DNA of 63,986 nt, counting the filler, from Dimargaris cristalligena (lineage: Eukaryota): the NCBI GenBank assembly GCA_003614675.1. It is 3 parts of 3 records of this genome, joined end to end, with 100 filler letters (N's around TTAATTAATTAA, not from the genome) between each part and the next. Parts side by side here need not be neighbours in the genome. Positions count along the whole stretch, not along the records: positions 45,631 to 63,986 come from ML002769.1; 2 more parts are not named here. One strand, given 5' to 3'. Below, piece by piece: positions 59,725 to 63,986 of this stretch. The position numbers were made by a program, and so were the translations under genes. Under the pieces are notes generated by a model. That model was not told where the DNA came from, did not search any database, and was given only the letters and a program-made list of their open reading frames with translations. Numbering within the stretch: position 1 is the stretch's first letter; each line of letters begins with the position of its first letter.

Positions 59725-61527
59725 ATGGTCTTCGAGGCTGCCCCCCGTCGGGCCCCTTTGTTTCTCCAGGACGGGCTCCAAATCAGTCTGACAAGCAGTG
59801 CTTATTTTAGCGACGAAGAATATCCGCCGACCAAGTCTTGCCCTAGCCGACCCAGCAGCATTCGCTCAGCCGACTCTTGGTCCGCCACCACCTGCTTGCC
59901 CCCCTCCTCCGCCCCCGAATCGTTTGGTTGTAGTCCGAAACTCCGGTCCACGCACCCAAGTGGCGGGCCCCTAGCCCACCCACTGGCGGACTTCGGTCCA
60001 CCTCTCCCCCGGTCCAATACCAAGGGCTGCCGAACCCGTCGGAAACGGCTGCCCGCCAACCTTCCCCCGCAGATCCCACGCTTTGGTCGGCCCACCGCCA
60101 AACCCTTATTGTTACCAACGTCAACCCCGGCCACCCACCCCAACCTAGGGCTGAAACCGGCCCCAGTTGTCGTCCCCCTGGACCCTGAAGCTCCACTGCC
60201 CTTCCGCCGTTCCCCACCGTCCCCCCGACTGGCCTTCAATGAGCTTCCTCTGCACCGCAGCCGCCTGGCTGACTGTAACATCACCAACCCGTTCGACCTG
60301 GCCGTGGAGGTCCGCCAACCCGAGCAGCAGCGGTCCGCCGAGCTATTCGTGTTTCGCCATTCTTTTTTCGAACCGGACCTGCCGGAAGACCCCCAGGTCC
60401 CCCTGGAGACCTTCGCATACAAGGAATCCCCCCTCGTCTCCCCCTACCGCCGGCCCCCTCCCTCCACCCCCCGGTCCCACTCCTTGGACTACCTGGACGA
60501 AAAATGCCGCCATTGGCTCTTCCAGAGCGGTACCGACGCCAATGCCGCTCATCCCAGTCACCCATCCTCGTCACCCGCCGCCCCAGTCACCTCCATAATG
60601 TACACTACCCCCGACGCTGCGGAAGATATGCAAGCCTATTACCAGCTGATACGCCGGCGCATGCTGCCCCACCATGTGCTGACCAACGCCCGGTTGGTCC
60701 TCGCCCGTGAGCGCCTAAACCCCACCCGGGCCTCGGTGCTCCTGTACAACCACGATATTCTAAACAATCGTTGTCTATTCTCCCTGCTGGACCCCAAAGC
60801 GGCCGTCGAGTTCCACGACAAGTACTTTCCTGAGGAGAACCAGCTATTTTTAGGGACGTCAGCTGGATCGGACCGTTCCCTCAGTCCACTCACCATGGTT
60901 GAGCCAGCGGACTCGGACTACCTGACCACCTCCCCCCGCCGCCTCGAGGGCCCTCCGGGCCACCCCCTGTCCCCCAACGAGGAACCCCTGCCCGGGCTCT
61001 TACCCAACGATGACGACAGTCTTTTTGAACGGCAAGCACCTGAAACCCTTGACACGGCTTCAGCCACCCTCAAGTCCGGCCTCTCTACCCTTAATCTAGA
61101 GACCGAGAGCTCACTGCCTGGTGGCGCCCCCTCGGGTGATTCCGGACCCCCGCTGCTTAGTTCGGACCCAGCCATTACCCCGGCTGGTGGGGATGAACCC
61201 CTTGTGTATAGCCTGTCCCCCTCCATCACTATATCTGACACGACGTCCATGACGGTCACGGCGGCCACTTCCCCCCTCATGGTGGACTGGTATGGTACCT
61301 GCTGGCCCGTCGAAACCGCCAACTCCCCTGACGACGTGGACTACATGGCCCTACTGGGCTGGGACCCCCTGCAGCCCCACACTAAACCCCGGTCGACCCG
61401 ATTCAATCCGGCCTGTTGGCGGATGATGGCTATTGAAAACCGCATGATGATCAACGGTAAAATTGTGGCGCCCCTAAAGAAGCGGTTGAACTTGCCTCGG
61501 CGCCGGGATATGCCTAATCGGCTTTAA
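59725..61527 (+). CDS. Pro/Ser-rich hypothetical protein (600 aa) with a compact C-terminal motif
   Basis: Long intronless ORF from ATG 59725 with a mostly low-complexity body. C-terminus FNPACWRMMAIENRMMINGKIVAPLKKRLNLPRRRD. Confidence 0.75.
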   Translation: MVFEAAPRRAPLFLQDGLQISLTSSAYFSDEEYPPTKSCPSRPSSIRSADSWSATTCLPPSSAPESFGCSPKLRSTHPSGGPLAHPLADFGPPLPRSNTKGCRTRRKRLPANLPPQIPRFGRPTAKPLLLPTSTPATHPNLGLKPAPVVVPLDPEAPLPFRRSPPSPRLAFNELPLHRSRLADCNITNPFDLAVEVRQPEQQRSAELFVFRHSFFEPDLPEDPQVPLETFAYKESPLVSPYRRPPPSTPRSHSLDYLDEKCRHWLFQSGTDANAAHPSHPSSSPAAPVTSIMYTTPDAAEDMQAYYQLIRRRMLPHHVLTNARLVLARERLNPTRASVLLYNHDILNNRCLFSLLDPKAAVEFHDKYFPEENQLFLGTSAGSDRSLSPLTMVEPADSDYLTTSPRRLEGPPGHPLSPNEEPLPGLLPNDDDSLFERQAPETLDTASATLKSGLSTLNLETESSLPGGAPSGDSGPPLLSSDPAITPAGGDEPLVYSLSPSITISDTTSMTVTAATSPLMVDWYGTCWPVETANSPDDVDYMALLGWDPLQPHTKPRSTRFNPACWRMMAIENRMMINGKIVAPLKKRLNLPRRRDMPNRL

Positions 61528-63662
61528 TCGGTCCCCGTGGATGATAACCAAGACAAAATTCCCTCCTTCCCTATAGACGTTCCATTTTTCCTAGGAAGTG
61601 GTCCTTTTTTTATTTGTTCGGCGGAAGGGTTATGCCCAGGAACATGGGTGCAGTATCCATTCTATTCCACTAAATCAGACGGAACCCCGATTAGAGCCGG
61701 ACGGAATGATGCCCCCCATATACTCCTTCAAAGACCCTTCGCACTTGGCTGAAGTCCGCTGGACCTTCCCGAGTTCCTTCCCCGCTACTCGAATCTACCC
61801 GACCAAGCCCATTTTTGTTGTTGTATTTTCCTCTGTATCACGCCCCCCTACGCTTCGTCATTTATTTTTATACGTACCCCATTTGTATCATCGACTATCT
61901 CTATCTGTTAATGACTTTATCTCCGTGTATTACCTATATCCTTACTTCCACCTATGTACTATCTCACCGTGCGTGTGGCTGAACAATCCCGTATGTTTGG
62001 CTTAGCCTCCGAATCCGATCCCACCTAGTATCGTTTTGGTAACATATGACCACGGCCCATTCTTACCACTCCTGTTTTTCTATTATTACCCCGGACACTC
62101 ACTGACATTATTCCATCCCCTGAAACCCACTCCACATCGCCACCCTACTCCCCCCTCCATTCCTTTTTATTCAACGCATATTCCTGGCATTTCCAATAAA
62201 TTTACGTTAACTTAACCCAATCTATTAAATGTCTGGTTATACTTTCATTTCCTGGCACTGTGATTTCGTAGGCAGGGCCACTGACCACGAAGCACCCGGT
62301 CTTATTCTCTTACCTAATTTGACGGCCGAGTCTTCCGAATCGCCTGTTATCCGTTTTAAGAATGGGAGGACTAGAAAGAAATATAGACGAGTTGCTGTTA
62401 GTGCGAATACTTTAATTGGAAGGTTTGTAATAATGGAAAATAGAGGCCCAGCCTCCACTGGGAGGCTCGCTGATCGGCATTAGTGCTTCATTAATCAATT
62501 TTCCAACTAGATGGAGCCTCCTGAAATGGGACAGTGGCAAGGCGAGGAATATGGTCGCCCTACTTCACTTTAGGTAGGGACTAGAGATATCCGGAAGATT
62601 CGCTTTTCAGGCTAGGAACAAATTAGGGGGAGGGGTCTCCCTATTGAGGTTTACCCTCTGTGAAGTGATATTTGGTCAATGGGGAGAAAATAAGCCTCTC
62701 CCTTCCTTTCCCTTTATTGCCCATCACCTGGTGAGCGCCGCATATATACATTTATATATATATGGCTGAGTGGTTGATTAGCTGCCTGTATGCGCATTTA
62801 TCTCCAGTAAGCCCAAGTCCATTAATCGTATAGGTAGCTCTTATATAAATACAACTAGGTTGCGGGCCTTCCATATCTCACCCTTACATACCGACTTATT
62901 TATATTGCCCCATTCTATATCGCTCGTAGAATCTTGCATTTACTTATTTCCGACCTATAGGCCAATTTTCATGTTCATAAGTATCGTAATCATCCGCATC
63001 TGAACCGCACTGCTACTCTTCTTCGCTTGACCAAACTAGGATTCAACCGTTTCGATATCACCTCAACCCCCCCCCCCCCCCTACATCCCAAGAACACATT
63101 CACCTTCTCTATCAGATACGATTGATACTTTATACATCCTCCTTATTAACTTGTTTAGCCAACAAGCGCTGGTCTAGTGACATACAGTTATAACACTCCC
63201 CCCCCCCAATTCATGCACTTCAATCACCTGTTTAATTCCTCATCTTATATTTTCCCAGCTCTATTGATAGTTTATACTTAGTACCCTAGTGAATTGCTTT
63301 CGTAACCAACCAATACCACCTGACAACCCCAACCGCCCTACTCAGCCACTCTCAAGTCGAATACCATATCTCGTTGCGGGGTCGTTCCATCGCTTTCATC
63401 GGCCATATCCCTACGATATTATACTTCGGCGCTGCGGATTTTCTCGAGCCTACTGCTGGCCACTACAGTTGCTAGTTGGTTTACACGATAAGGCCTACCC
63501 CCCCCCTTCTTAAACACCTTTACTTATTCAGAATATAACAAGCCAAGACTGCCCGGTTCATAGTCTCCCCCTCCCTCATTCGTCCTGCACTTCGCTGTCT
63601 CCTCCCTCACTCTGGTACTGTTCTCCAGGCTGCAGCTTGGCCGCCCCGCCCCTATTCTAACC

Positions 63663-63986
63663 ATGTCGAAATCGAATGTTGCCTTCCGTGACAGGCCAGG
63701 CCCAACCCCGACCCAGTCCGCCCCCGCCCCCCCTTCCAAGCGCCCCGGCTTCTTTCCTAACCAAGCTGGGCAGAAACCCTTCAAGCGGCCCAAAACTCGG
63801 GGTAGGCATTCCCCATTCAACCCGTATGCCCCACCTAACCCTAAACCTTACTTCCAGTCCAAGAAAGTCAAGGGCTCCTCCATTCCATACCCGCCCATTC
63901 CCTGGAACCAGCCGGGGTCGCAATTAACTCCGCCCAGGTTCCCTCACCCCAAGACCAGACACCAATCACCGTACTACCAGGCGCAT
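63663..63986 (+). CDS. 5' end of a Pro/Lys-rich protein running off the window
   Basis: accATG at 63663 opens a frame of 108 codons that stays open to the window end (MSKSNVAFRDRPGP...). Confidence 0.55.
   Translation, partial: MSKSNVAFRDRPGPTPTQSAPAPPSKRPGFFPNQAGQKPFKRPKTRGRHSPFNPYAPPNPKPYFQSKKVKGSSIPYPPIPWNQPGSQLTPPRFPHPKTRHQSPYYQAH

Noticed and set aside
1-63986. Selenocysteine or stop-codon recoding in the identified genes
   Set aside because: All apparent premature stops are explained by GT-AG introns, and no in-frame TGA falls at a conserved Cys.

Overview
Eukaryotic, fungal genomic DNA with GT-AG introns of about 150-600 nt. It is most likely an early-diverging, zygomycete-grade fungus; this is an inference from gene content (DCTN6, IFRD, VMA22, ERT1/AcuK, secreted tyrosinase). 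Two 100-nt assembly spacers (N...TTAATTAATTAA...N) at 22740 and 45531 split the window. Genes in order: F-box/LRR-like protein, RRP36, SNF1, ALKBH7-like dioxygenase, secreted tyrosinase, candidate Pol I subunit A14, TRM1, cysteine synthase (cut by a gap), DHA1 MFS transporter, a small Cys-motif ORF, two AMID/FSP1-like oxidoreductases, IFRD-domain protein, ERT1/AcuK, VMA22, DCTN6 (with a 6-nt microexon), an AFG2/SPATA5-like AAA ATPase with a degenerate D1, and hypothetical proteins. The most unusual signal lies in three repeat islands (1-1080, about 21780-22740, 45631-47240), which hold LTR relics, a MITE and a zinc-finger gene relic. They are almost free of CpG, and the copies differ by CpG>TpG/CpA and CpA/TpG>TpA transitions. 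This is a RIP-like, repeat-targeted hypermutation signature, and the zinc-finger consensus gives its direction. A GTCACGTG motif also recurs about 280-350 nt upstream of four ribosome/translation-related genes.
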